From contig NC_058368.1 in assembly GCF_018350175.1 (NCBI RefSeq), positions 72,728,001 to 72,792,000 of the forward strand: a stretch of DNA of 64,000 nucleotides, in the 5' to 3' direction. Position 1 is the stretch's first letter. The number at the start of each line of letters is the position of its first letter. Below, piece by piece: positions 51,442 through 64,000 of the stretch. Origin of the DNA: Felis catus. Lineage: Eukaryota. Position numbers and translations under genes: made by a program. The notes beneath the pieces were generated by a model. That model was not told the DNA's origin and searched no databases. It was given only the letters and a program-made list of their open reading frames with translations.

Positions 51442-52269
51442 GTTTCTGCCCACCGACTCCAAGCTTTTCAACCTCCAGGGATGATCTCTTGGATCCTTAG
51501 CACTCCCAGCCATCCCAATGCAGAGCTCCTGACTTCAGAGCCTCGAACATGCCCACACAACATAGGTACTGGGTCAGTGTTAGTCAAAGGGAGGAAGAGA
51601 ATAAGAAAGGAATAGCCTTGGGTTCTAGGCTTTTGCTCTCATTTCCCCCACTCCCACCATCTCTATGGCAGGTGACATGGAAACTTTCTAAAAACAGTAT
51701 CTTCTCTAAAGGAAGCTACTCTTACTCTTGGAGCACGAAAAGAAGAATGAGGCATGGAGACGTCCTCAGATCTCTGAATTTTTGCTAATCTCAACAGACA
51801 TGGAAAATCACTATATGTGCATCAGAATTACATCCTGTTTCTCAGTGCTAATTATTTATGGATTTGAACTAAAATCTTAATTTGTTATGTTATATCCCTC
51901 TTTTCCATCTTTAAAAGTTAGAATAAGGAGTAACACTAGAGATGATTGAATTTAATAACCCCATTTTACTAATCAATAAACTCAGGCCAAAGGAAATTAA
52001 TTAATTTAGTAAGTTAAATAAGAGTTAATTAGGAAGCTAACTGGCCTGGACGCCATAGCTCCTGATGTCTTGTGCAAGGGCCTTTCTTTGCACCCTGCTA
52101 CTTCTTCCAAGAGCTTGGCTTCACTGGAGAAAAGTACCCACCACACTGTCTCCCTTGCACTTCTGGAACACAACTAGCCTCTCTCCCTTCTTGCTAAGAA
52201 ACAGACCATTACTTTTTTCTGTCTAGATCCTCACGTGATTCTTAAATAACCTGAGTTGTCTATGGATTA

Positions 52270-52596
52270 CAGTTGATCCTTGCACAGCATGGGGGTTATG
52301 GCTGTTAACTCCGCACACAAAAATCTGTGTTTAACTTTTGACTCTCCCCAAACTTTACTAATAGCCTATTATTGATGGGAAGCCTTACCGATAACACAGT
52401 CAATTAACACACACTTTGTATGTCATATGTATTATATACTGTATTCTTATAATAGCATAAGCTGGAGGAAAGAAAATGTTATTAGTAACACCGTAAAGAA
52501 GAAATACATTTACAGTTCTGTATTGTATGTATCAAAAAAAAATCTACTTATAGGTGGACCCATGTACTTCGAACTCATGTCGTTCAAGGGTCAATG
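52270..52596 (-). mobile_element. Tigger2a-like Tc1/mariner MITE
   Basis: TA then CAGTTGATCCTTG at the left end, TTCAAGGGTCAATG at the right end (imperfect TIRs); interior matches the recalled Tigger2a consensus. Confidence 0.85.
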
Positions 52597-52986
52597 CACT
52601 GTTATTTGACATTTGCACATAAGCTCCTGTAGGTCAATGTATTCTTAAAAGAGATAATTTTTATAAAAATATATATTTGTTTACACGATCAATCTACATT
52701 TGTGCATCCATTCATTAATTCACTCAATTAACAAATCTACTGAGTACTAATTTTCCACCACTATGCTTGACCCTGTATTCTAGATATTAGTAAAAAGTGC
52801 ATCTACACTTGAGCAGCTCAGAATATAGGGGAAGATGGCTGCATATGTGTGTGAGACCAAGTGTTACAGACGCTGTGTGTAAGGTCTTTGCAAGAAGAGT
52901 GGAGAGAAAAGTCAATTCTACCTGTGTGGGCCAGGAAGGGTCTCCTGAAAACAGTAACACTTCAAGCTGAGTTTTAAAATATGGGA

Positions 52987-53185
52987 GGGGCTCCTGGGTG
53001 GTTCAGTGGGTTGAGTGGCTTCAGCTCAGGTCATGATCTCGCAGGTGATGAGTTCAAGCCCTATGTTGGGATCTGTGCTGACAGCTCAGAGCCTGGAGCC
53101 TGCTTCAGATTCTGTGTCTCCATATCTCTCTGTCTTTCTCTGTCTGTCTCTGTCTCTCTCAATCTCAAAAGTAAACAAACATTAA
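52987..53185 (+). mobile_element. Can-SINE (SINEC_Fc-like)
   Basis: TSD TTAAAATATGGGAG at 52974-52987 and 53182-53195. Confidence 0.93.
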
Positions 53186-54563
53186 AATATGGGAGTTATT
53201 CACCAGATGGATGAAGGGGACATAGGGATTCCAGAGAAAAGATGTCAAATGAAGGAAATGTCAAGTTAAGACACCTTAATGTGTGAAGGCAGGTGAAAAA
53301 GCTCTGTGCACCCTAACCATCTAGTCTGTGTTGGGAGAGGGGTACAAAGAACCTCAGCTGGTGGCCAAACTGGGAGTCATCCATCATTTGGAGAAATTTC
53401 CACCAGCTGTAGAACCAGCTGAACAAATAAATATTATAGACTGAGTCACAGAGAAATTCTCTTCCATATAGATTTGTAACATGACCCATGAATTTACCTG
53501 TGTATTTTCATGTCATCTTGCTATATTCACCCTGTGCTTTCCCCATACTTTCCTGTTAATCTGAGCAGCAGGGTCATTGGAGTTAAAATGTGCACAACAT
53601 AGGATATATGTGTGATATGTGTCGCTCAACACATATATAAACACACATAAAAATAGACTGAAATGTTTATCAATGTGTGGCGGGTTAGCACTATTTATTG
53701 ATTTTTATTCTTTGTACTTCCTCCCCAGCTTTTCACAAGGAGCCTGTGCTACCTTCATAATCATAAAAGGCTAACATTTTTAACAGAGATGTTTGTTTAG
53801 AATAAATAGGAGGACAACACATACATAAAGAAGAAAACCTTTACGTTGAGCTGAGGAACTAGCTGTGGACAGCCATCATATGATTAGATTATTCTTCTAA
53901 ATTTCGTACAAACTTATAAATCCTTTCAATGTGAGAGCATCTTCTATTTTTGTGGTATCTAAAGCCTTGCATTTAGAATTCTTAAACGTCAACATTCTTC
54001 CCTTTCCTTTCCTGCTTTCAAAGATGTAAAATATTATTGTTCCAATAAGATTTTTTGAAACAAATAAAAAGCCAAGAAAAACAACAACATATTTTTCCTT
54101 GAAAAATCAAGACTGCAATCTGTAAGACAGCCTTCAATATGGCTTTTTAGAATCTGAGTAACATTATTTATGGGTTGCGAGTATTTACAAGGTCTGGTGT
54201 CATAAACAGCAAATTTAATTTCCTGTAATAAAGTATTGCTCTCTTTAGGGCCACACCTTGGCTCCTTGATAAACAGACCTGATTTTATTTATAGCACACT
54301 CATGTCCCCGTATTCCAGTATTAACGTATACTGATAAACACAAATATAATCTCTGTCACTGGGACACTCGGTTCTCATGATGCCTTCTGTGTGGTTATAC
54401 AATCACACAGGTTCTTTTTATTTTACGTAAGAGGGATGTAGTCACTTGCAAACTTTTCTCTGCCAACTTTCCTGGTTAGTTGGTGTCAACAGTTCAATTT
54501 TATTTTCTTTACAGAAGTAAATTATTCTATACTGTGACAGTCCTTGCACATTCAGTTTAGATT

Positions 54564-54587
54564 CACGTGCGTGCGCATGTGCGCGCG

Positions 54588-54635
<48 letters not shown>
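54564..54635. repeat. (GC)8(AC)n compound microsatellite
   Basis: 72 nt of uninterrupted alternating purine-pyrimidine. Confidence 0.95.
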
Positions 54636-54639
<4 letters not shown>

Positions 54640-56689
54640 TGTAAATAAATATTGTTAAACACTCTGGGTCTTTCAAGAAAAATAAAAATAACTGCTTCCA
54701 CATAGAGTTCCAGAGACTGGATTGTTAAATTCATATTTACTCTTTTGCTCAGAATTTCCTAGGAAGAAACCTTATAATCATCTAGTCCTATTTTGTTCTC
54801 ACAATCCTTTTAAGAGGTCATCTGATTTCCATTTGAACTCTCCAATGACTTAGGATCCAACAGTTCAAGAATCCTCTCCTTTTTCACATGCCTTGAATTT
54901 TAGAAAGCTCCTCTCAGGATTGAGCCCAAAGCCCGATTTTGTATTGCCCACTGGAATGAAATACGATTCCTTCTTCTACATGACCGTCTTTAAGCATTTT
55001 ATCACAACACAAACCGTCTGTATTTCTGTCCCTCTAGTTTTAGTGCATACATTGAAATAACACTGACCCACCCATGAGAGCTATCGCCAAGGTCACACAA
55101 ACCTACAGATGTTTTTCTGCTGGTCTCTAGAGTTCAAACAAACCCTTTCACTCTTGTCTTCTCTTCTTCCTTGTGTTTGGCTTCCTAAGTCCTTATACCT
55201 CCCCCCACATTGTCTCAGTTTCAAGACTTAACACGCATTTTTTTTCTCTAGGCCTTTCAGGGACATTTCAGTTAGTAGTATACACTCACTTTCCTTGGCA
55301 CTTCAGAATATACATTTGGATATTCTCTTTAGTTGCAAACACTGAGACCTCAAAATGAAGCTGCATACATCTTAATTTTCTTAAAAACACTGAACTGGCT
55401 GTTCACCTCTCTCCTCCTCCATTATGTTTGAAAGATGAGGGAGATTCTTAGCTTCCCTCAGTCTTGTCTGTTTTGCTCACTGCTCATACAATGTGCCCCC
55501 AGAGCCTGGCATCATGCTTGGCTCACAATGACTCAGTGACTGGTTGTTGCATAATTTTGGAATATTTATTTCCTCTGGGTGAGCTGGACAGGGTGCTGAT
55601 GGCCACAGTAAACCCTCAGGTCAGAGACAAGTGGGGTAAAGACTGCAGCGGGTATGCACCCATCACTGTGTCCAGTGGCTGAAGGAAATGGTTGATCCAC
55701 CCTGAACCTTCCCCATGCATCCATAGTCTTTTTCATATCACTTCTTGTTATACATTTATTATTTTAGTCCAGTAGAGCTTACAGCTGCTGTTTGTGAGAA
55801 CAACATAAGAAACTCATCAAACTAACCTCTGGGGATGGGTGGTCCCCAAGCATAAAAACCTCTAAAAGCTCTCTGAGATCAATATTAAATTCTATGATAT
55901 TATGTAAATGATCAGAATATTTCATTCAAATTAAGGGCACATTTTTTTCAAAGGTTTTGTGAAAACATATTTCTTTCATGTGCGGACCTGTAACCTTGCT
56001 CTGTAATTTTTCTCTTAGCATATGGAAAACAAAGTTCTTTAATGGAAGACAGTCTGACACTTATTTTGAACCCACTGGAAATGTGCACGCTGTTCTTTTC
56101 ATCATTTTTTATATAGGAAATCATAATGTAAAATAAAAAATATCAAACATAATTTCATCAGAATAGTTCTGGGGAAACTTTGATTCTTGGGTCTCACGTA
56201 ATGAGTGGCTGAGTTGAATTAATTCAAGCTATGGGCAAACTTCCTAGAATAAAGCATTTTTTTTAAATAATAAAGTTTTTGTCAGTCAGTTGTCCTTACC
56301 CACTTTTGCTAAGTCTCTCCATTTTTTTTATTTACAGGAAGTTAAATTAAAAAAAAATAAAGCACTTAGGAAAATTTCTAAGGGCAAGAAGCAGGTTCTA
56401 AAATTGTAGGCCAAGACATTTTTTGTCTCAGTTTTTAACACAAGGGACAAATTTAGAGGGAAGATAAGACTCCAAACAGATGATTTTTGTGGTCAAATTT
56501 GGTGAAGTGGATGTTAGAATCCAAGGGTGAAACAGGACCAGCTAACCAGCTATAAGTGACAACCTGAAGTACTGTTTTCTGTCATGTGTTTATTTTTCCT
56601 TTCTTAAAACAATGTTTTTTTTAACCTTAATTTTTCAGTCCATCAATCTCTATCTCTCCTAATTGGTTCTTCAAAACACAACAGAAGGA

Positions 56690-57335
56690 AACAACACAAA
56701 TGTCCATCAATAGGAAAATGGAAAAGAAACTGTGATATATTCATAGAATATAGTACATTTAAAAAAATACCAAATCACTGCAGTACACAATAACAGAATA
56801 AGTCTCAAAAAAAAACCCACATTATTTTGAGAAGTTAAAGAAGGTAGACAGAAACAAGTAAAATTGTGACTCCATTGAAAAAGCGGACCTGCTATCTGTA
56901 GACATTAAGAGTCTCTGAGGTAGGGGGGCCCCTAGGGGGCTCAGTCGGTTGAGCGTCCCACTTCAGCTCAGGTCATGATCACACAGCTCGTGGGTTCGAG
57001 CCCCACGTCGGGCTCTGTGCTGGTAGCTCAGAGCCTGGAGCCCGCTTCAGATCCTGTGTCTGCCTCTCTCTCTGCCCCTAACCCACTTGCATTCTGTCTC
57101 TGTCTCTCTCAAAAATAAATAAAACATTAAAAAAATTTAAGAGTCTTTGAGGTAGGGATTGGCTGGAAAGGGGTAGGGGGCTTTCTGGGCCACTAGAAAT
57201 ACTCTCTTAATTTGGGTAATGGTTATAGGGATGCATACATTTGCCAAAATTCGTTGAGCTGTATACCTAAAATATTAGCATTTTTATTTGTGTATGTTAT
57301 ACTTCTATAAAGTCTTATTAGAACAAAATTTTTAA
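56690..57335 (+). mobile_element. Ancient L1M 3' end interrupted by a SINE
   Basis: GGAAACAACACAAATGTCCATCAATAGG...TGTATGTTATACTTCTATAAA, typical L1M 3' region. Confidence 0.7.
56923..57138 (+). mobile_element. Can-SINE (SINEC_Fc-like) nested in L1M
   Basis: TSD TTAAGAGTCT(C/T)TGAGGTAGGG at 56905-56925 and 57137-57157. Confidence 0.94.
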
Positions 57336-59390
57336 AAAGCAGCAAAAGCAACCACTCAAAGGAACTGGTAGCTCTGAGCACAATTACAGCATATGGAGTC
57401 TCTCTGAAAGTCCACATTGCCTCACTCTACACCATTATCTCCATTCAAGATCCTCTGACTGTGGGCAGAGATGGGGGGCGGGGAAGGTGCAATGCCCCCC
57501 TGCCACAGACAGACCCCAGGTGGTTGGGTAATTCCATAGTCCAAACAGTTACAGAGGAAGCCCAAATCTAGCTTTTGTATTAGACTCATGAAGCTACAAA
57601 AGCACATTATAGAACTGTAGATCCAGTACATTGAAATCAAAGAGAAGGAAAGAAAAGGCAATTATTCCCAAGAATACATTTTAATAAAACATTTCCTGCT
57701 GAAGTTGAAAGCAGGAAGCTCATCACTTTCTATAAGTGGGTTTAGGCAAATTGTGACTGAGTTGATATAAGACAATTATGCTCCTTCCAACCCCTTCAGG
57801 GCTGCCTCCAGCAGCTCCTTGGTCTCCCGACATCCACTTTTGAGTGCCTACTGTCCAGGCAAAGTTGACCCCTCACATCCCACTAAGGGACTGGCCAGGT
57901 GCTTTCTGGTCTTCATGCCCGAACTGCCTCCAATCACAACCCCAGCATGCACACATTTACACAAAACCCAAAATGCACACCGATGTCGGTCCAGCAAATT
58001 GTTCCTTTTCCCCAAAGGGCTTCTTAGTTATCATCTAGTTATTGTGGTTGGTTCATCTGAGAATGCATGAAATACATTCCCTTTTCCTGCTCAGGTAACG
58101 TGTTTTAATTTTTTAAAAAAAGATCTTTAAATGGTGCATAAAATCTCAAAAGAGTAACATATTGGTAGTCAACGAAGGAAAAGATTTTGAAGGCTGGAGG
58201 GTGGTGATTGAAAGAGTCCTGCCGTGATCCCAAGTATCCTGCACAAACTAATATTTATTGAGTGCCAGGCACCAACAGGAGCGGACCCTTAACATATATC
58301 ATCTCTTTTAATCCTTGAGACAACCTTAAAAGGAATGATCCTCCCTTCCATTCCCTAGATGGGGAAGCAAGGATACTGCAAGGTCACAGCATCTGTACTT
58401 TGTTGAGGCCAGAACAAAACTGCTTTGTAATGCCCAAACCATGAAGGTTATGGGCATTTATGTGGCAAAGGAATAAAAAGAACTTCACAGTATATTTGCT
58501 TGGAAGGATACTTCTAGTAGGGATTATTGAGAAGAACTGAGTTTGAGGGATGCACTAATCTGCCACTTGCCCCCAGGGGTTCCTAAAGTCATGTTTGAGG
58601 CCATATCTGTTCCCAGACACAGCTGTCACCCAGGTCAGGGACACAAATCACCCATCTCATCCTTCTAAATATGAGGGGCAGATCACTGTGGATAGCCAAA
58701 CATTGGCATCTCAGGGGCATGTTAACTGTTTGTGGAAACCATGGGGTAGATTATTTTAGTGTCTGACACAAAAGATGTAGAATCTAGGGCCACATGCCCA
58801 GAAATCAGCATCAGAAATCTATCCTCAGGAGCTTAGCTGCTCTCTTCCTATAGTTCCATTTCTCCTGTTTATCAGAGCAGAATGAGTCATGTTGTCTGCC
58901 ACTGTCTCCCCAATGCCCAGTACATACAGAGTGTCCATAGTATTTGTTGGAAGAATAAATGAAAGATTGAATGAATGAGAGAACACACCCATAACCCTGA
59001 TTTAATCAGTTGCTCCAAAGCCTTAATCTATGCTCCGTGAGATGTTTGCAAATACATGTTCTTTCTCTAGACGTGACAATTAGTGAGTATACAGGGGTAA
59101 ATCAGCTCAGCAAAGTCAGATAAAAGGGATTGGATAAGGGTTACTGGAACCAGCAGAATGAAGGCTGTTCTTATACAACTCATATCTCTGTGAAACACAC
59201 ATAAACACAGCACCTCCAAGCCTGCCTCAGCCCTGAATAATGTGGTTTGAGAATATTTTAAATCCACTGTCACTGTGGATAAGATTCTCTCTCTGCATCT
59301 ATCTCCTTGTATGGGTTAATGGAACTAATTAGAGATTATGAATATATTAGAATAACTTCCCATTTATACGACATTAACATGCAAGCTGTT

Positions 59391-59762
59391 TGTTACAGCT
59401 GGAATTTATATGTTGAAGTCCTCACCCCCACTACTCCCAAATGAGGCTATATTTGGAGCTATGACTTTTAAAGAGGTGATTAAGTTAAAATAAGGCCCTT
59501 AGTGTGGACTTCAATCCAATTTGACTGGATATTTACACACAAAGAGAGACATCAAATGCACACACGGAAGTAAGGCCACTTGAGGACACAGGGAGAAGGT
59601 GGCCATCTGCAAGCCGAGGGGAGAAAGCTCCAAAGAAATCAACCTGGCAGACATCTTGGCATTGGACTCCCCACCTCCAGAACTATAAGAAAACTACTTT
59701 CTGTGATTGCAGCCACCCAGTCTGTGGTGCTGTGTTAAGGAAGCCCTAGCAAACTAATATAC
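59391..59762 (+). mobile_element. MaLR solo LTR (MLT1A/B-like)
   Basis: TATGTTGAAGTCCTCACCCCC..GAAGGTGGCCATCTGCAAGCCGAGG..CCTCCAGAACT..GCCCTAGCAAACTAATA. Confidence 0.85.
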
Positions 59763-60779
59763 TATGTGAAAACAAACTCACTCTTGGCAAAGGAAAACTC
59801 TGAAGTCAGGAAGGCCAGCCTTCACTGCTTAGATCTGTGATTGCTTTTTACAGGCTCTCCTCCAAGGTGCCCCTGAGGCTGGGCCCCTCACGGGGCCTAG
59901 CAATGCACTGCTGTGCCAATATCCATGGCTGCAAGAACATGCAACTAACATCAAGTTTTCATTTGTGACATCACAGTTCGGTCTTGGAATATAAATCTGT
60001 TTGTGGCTATAAAGCACCACCCCCATGCATCCAGAGACCACTTTCAGCTATTTGCTGAATGCGCAATAATGAATTTCATTGGCATACAGTGTATTTACCA
60101 GAAATGATTTTTCTTAATCAAGCACTGCGACAACTAATTATGATGAACATCTGATGAAGAATGTCTTTATGAAATTAATGTTTACCATGATTCCTTCTGC
60201 TCTTATCTCTTGGGTTGATACTAGATATAAACAGAGGAAGAACATTTATTTAGTCCCTAATAAAAATTGCTACTAAAAATGACACCATGGCATGTTTCTC
60301 CTGATTTAACCCAGGCAGAAAAGAAAACCTCACCAAAATAAAACTAGCATAGTTTTCTCTGTTATCAGTCAATACGAATTACATAACTTGTTTCCCTTCT
60401 AAATGTGTGTCCTTGGAATCTCAAAGTTAAACTTATTCTTTGACTATACTTGCTATCTTCAGCCTTACACATCTAGGATGGAGTGCAGAAGACTAGTTGA
60501 AAAGCATGGTTGGGAGGTGAGACGAGGTCTCCTGTCCCTCTGGCAGTAAGGAGGGAAGCCATGGTTAAGGAGAGAGGAAGGGAGGCACAGGCATTTAGGG
60601 AAGCCATGATTCTCCACTGGGAGATAAATGAGAACAGTGCTCCCTGCACTCACCTGTCCCTTCAAGGTGAAAAGGAAAACAGTACAGGGAGATAGAGTGG
60701 CCTACTTTCTATTCTTTCAACACACAAAGCTTGAGGCTTTGGCACAAATTTCTCTTTTCTTTCTGAAATACTTGGTAGA

Positions 60780-61068
60780 ACCCATTTTTTCCTGTCATTT
60801 AGGCTTCCACTCCGGTATCGCCTCCTCACAGAGATCTTCCCTGCCCAGCCAATCTAAGTAACTGTCTGCCCTCTTTAGATGTCATCTTACTTTCCTTGTC
60901 TGCAGAGATCTTTTCTCAGAGTGATAGCTCATCTCGAATTTTTGTCTTTATGCACTCGTGATTTTTCTCCCTCCATGAGAACAGAGGCCTCGTAGGTCTT
61001 GTTCGTTGCTCTGTTCCCAGGCCCTGGCACAGAAGAAATTTCAGTAAATATTTGTTGAATGAATAAAT
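60780..61068 (+). mobile_element. L2 3' end
   Basis: CTCCATGAGAACAGAGGCC..CCTGGCACAG..AGTAAATATTTGTTGAATGAATAAATG. Confidence 0.75.
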
Positions 61069-62426
61069 GCTTCAGAGATGCTGCAAATAAAGTGTGCTTG
61101 TGGGAAGATCTGGAAGATAGAAAAGGGAAACAGAATATGGTAAGAATAGATAAAGTTCCTAGGGAGATAATACTCCCAGTGGGTGATGCCTGTAAGATGT
61201 AGAAAGGGGATGAAGTTTGATTTTGCTGGTCAAATGACACCTGAAGAGTCAAGAAAGAAGAGCCTCATGAATTGAAAGCAGCAAAATCGTGCAGAGATTG
61301 ATATTATTAGCCTGCTCAGTTCTGGTGCCTACAGGCCAACAGCTTCAAATCTCAAAAACTGAGATTTACCACAAAGCAAGAACAGAGGAACAGGGACTGA
61401 GTTGCAACATTTCCATATAATTTAACAATCTTCATCAATGTGCATCGTCTTCACCTAAGGCTTTATGGTCCCTTTTATAGCTGTAGCTACCCAATCTTGA
61501 AGCTGATAAATACTGAAATTCTATAGTAGCTGTTAACTAGCTAAATGAGATTTCTTTCACTAGAATAAATGGTTATTTGTTGATTTCCATAAACTATACC
61601 AGCATAAGACTGTTTATCCATGCATCCCAATGCTTTTTCTTCCAGAAAAATCAAAGCAAAAACAAAAACAAAACAAAAACAAAAACCCACCTCTAGCTTT
61701 CACTATATACAAGTACACATTTTAAGAAGAAATTTAAAAGAAGAGCAAATGTCTGTCCTCGGTTTCAGCAAGTCTCTTGATAGGTAAAATTTGCTGGGCC
61801 CTCTGCTGCCTGTTTTTGGCATTGAAACCCATGAAGCCTCTCTAAAACTAGAAATCTTGGAAGAGAAGCCATCTCTAGTTAGGCTTTTATCCAACTGCCC
61901 AGTTAAATAGATTATATTCTTAGATTACAAAATGTGCTTCAGAGATTTAACAAGCTAAATTGTCCTTTAATATTTTGAACAAATTAATGGGAAAAAATCT
62001 CATTTCAGTAGTCTTCTCCTCCTCCTCTTCCAAATCTACGATGAATGTACTAAAAAGGATAAATCCAGGTACATTTTTGGTGAATTATTGTTTGAAATGA
62101 TCAAAAAAAATCCACCATAAAATTTTAGTTGACTCTGCTTATTGAACAACACTATGTGTAATCTTTCTTGGATAAAATTATATTTTCTACTTTCTTAATA
62201 CATTAAACTTCAATTATCTTAAAATAATGGTTACTCTGTCGTATTCTTAGATTTATAGAGTCATCAATTGATTATTGAAGTAATATAATGCTAATCAAAA
62301 AAAACCCCACAGAGGTATCCTTTCAGAATATATGCCTTGAAGCTCTTATGTGAAATTGCATCCTGGTAACGTAAAATATTCCTTGCATATAGGAACTGTA
62401 CAAAGTGCAAAGTGTGCAAAGTGTGG

Positions 62427-62459
62427 TGCAATTATCTGATTCGCCAGTAGTGGGCAGTG
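62427..62459 (+). promoter_or_regulatory. Candidate CTCF site with upstream motif
   Basis: Core CGCCAGTAGTGGGCAGT (one mismatch to CCASYAGRKGGCR) preceded by TGCAAT at 62427-62432. Confidence 0.5.
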
Positions 62460-63269
62460 TTACTCTAGTTATCACCACAGAGTGACTAGGGAAAACCCTG
62501 TTAAAATCTCAGAAAGTGCCTACTCTATTTCTTTAAATAGATCAGAGTCTGTAACATCGGTGACTATTCTGAAAAAATAATAAAATAAATTTGAGAAAAA
62601 GATGTCAGTGTTGTTCTTGGACACCCGAAGACTATTAAGAAATATTTACGTTTAAAAATAAAGTTCTCATTTGATTTTGTCTTTTAATTTATAGGATATA
62701 TCTATTAGCTGCCGATAACCCAGTAATTATCATTCCCAAGTATGCCTCATGCATCCAGAAAAGATTTCCATCCAAGAAAATGTTGACGATAGGGAAGAAA
62801 CACACTTAACTGGCCCCAGCCAAAGCTTCAGTTCTGGGCTCCCGCAAACTAGTTTTGAAACCCTAAACAGATCGTCAGGCTCTCTGATCCTCGTCATCTC
62901 CTGTCTATAAAGGAAGTGCCTAAACTAGGAAATCACCAAAAACTCCTACCCCGACGTCTATGTTTCTGTGAGTCTCAGGACAGACTCGAGCAAAAAGCTT
63001 TTGCTACAATTGTGCAATCGGGTAAGGTGTTATGTATTTAATTCCCATCCCCCCCCCCCCACACACACACAATATTCTTATAGAGCAGCTATTCCTTCTG
63101 CAGCGAGCCTAGAAACATAAACTCCAGCCCTCAGGGCAAGTATAATGAAAATCAAACTTCAGAGCTAATGAAAATCAAGCAATGGGCTCAAAATAGAAGC
63201 CACTTTCTACCTTGCACGGCAGAAGAGTATAATTTGCCATGATCAGGGAATTTACCTTGTGCCAAACAG

Positions 63270-63425
63270 GTATTATTAGTATGCCCATTTTATAGATGAG
63301 GAAACTGAGGCACAGAAAATTAATATCTAGTCCATGGAGAATAGCTAATAAGTGCTGGCTCTGAATTTTGAATCTAGACAATCTAGTTGTAAAACCTATG
63401 CTTCTAAAACCACTGCGTTGTGCTC
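63270..63425 (-). mobile_element. MIR
   Basis: CCCATTTTATAGATGAGGAAACTGAGGCACAGA core. Confidence 0.8.
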
Positions 63426-63541
63426 TTTTTAAGTTCCATACTGACTCTTGGCACAATACTCTACATATGTCTTCTGCCGCGTACTAGATTGGGAATCGCT
63501 TGAGGATAGGAAAGAGAGCAGCACGGTGGAAAGACACAGAC

Positions 63542-63754
63542 CAGGGGTTCTCAACTCTGTGTGACATCACCCTCTCCTCAAGGGACATTGGTGATATCTG
63601 GAGACATTTTTGGTTGTTGCAATGCAGGGAGAAGTGTTACTGGCATCCAGTGGGTAGGAGTTAGGGATGCTGCTACACATTGTATAATGTTCAGGACAGC
63701 CCCCGCAACAAGAATTGCCCAAATTGTCAAGGATACTGAGGTTGGGAAACTCTG
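63542..63754 (+). mobile_element. MER20 (hAT-Charlie) inserted in a MIR (~63519-63875)
   Basis: CAGGGGTTCTCAAC...TCTGGAGACATTTTTGGTTG...CTGGCATCCAGTGGGTAG...GAGGTTGGGAAACTCTG; MIR sequence on both sides. Confidence 0.88.
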
Positions 63755-63959
63755 CTTTGTAAGAGAAGCTGGGTTTGAATCCTGACTCTGTCACTTACCA
63801 GTTGAGTGAACTTGTGCTCTTTATGAACTTGATCCGTGAACCTCTCAGTCTCTTCCCTTAAAAATGGATATAAAACAAAACAAAATAAAATAAACAGTAA
63901 AATAAATCTATATCTATATTATCTGTCTGACAACTGTTGTTGTGGGAAGGACTGATCGC

Positions 63960-64000
63960 TTTTTTTTAAATGTTTATTTATTTTGAGAGAGAGCGCGGAT
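63960..64000 (-). mobile_element. Can-SINE tail cut by the window edge
   Basis: TTTTTTTTAAATGTTTATTTATTTTGAGAGAGAG matches the tails of the other minus-strand SINEs. Confidence 0.8.

Noticed and set aside
1142..57138. tRNA-like A/B-box sequences
   Set aside because: All are heads of tRNA-derived Can-SINEs, not tRNA genes.
1..64000. SCA27B-type (GAA)n repeat of FGF14 intron 1
   Set aside because: No GAA/TTC array seen; as I recall, the human repeat lies much further upstream of exon 1A than this window reaches.

Overview
Mammalian genomic DNA, almost certainly from a cat-family carnivore (Can-SINE/SINEC_Fc-type SINEs and an L1_Fc-type LINE). The only host protein-coding sequence I can support is the first coding exon (1A) of FGF14 on the minus strand (35912-36104, 193 nt, perfect Kozak, GT donor), inside a CpG island at about 35.2-37.2 kb. 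The sequence to its left is intron 1, and I did not find exon 2. The sequence to its right is upstream of 1A and, from the known mammalian gene structure, should lie in the long first intron of the 1B isoform. The rest is AT-rich intron with 14 Can-SINEs, a young 2.46-kb 5'-truncated L1 with a perfect TSD, two 5'-inverted (twin-primed) L1s, old L1M/L2/MIR/MaLR/DNA-transposon fossils and microsatellites. The best leads are a canonical REST/RE1 site with an adjacent degenerate copy 3 kb upstream of exon 1A, a strong-context uORF in frame with FGF14-1A, a CTCF-like site with its upstream motif, a nested L1 cluster, and several small template-switch or fold-back scars. I see no evidence of a new multi-gene system. 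Repeat family names come from recalled consensus sequences, not from a search, and old-repeat boundaries are approximate.
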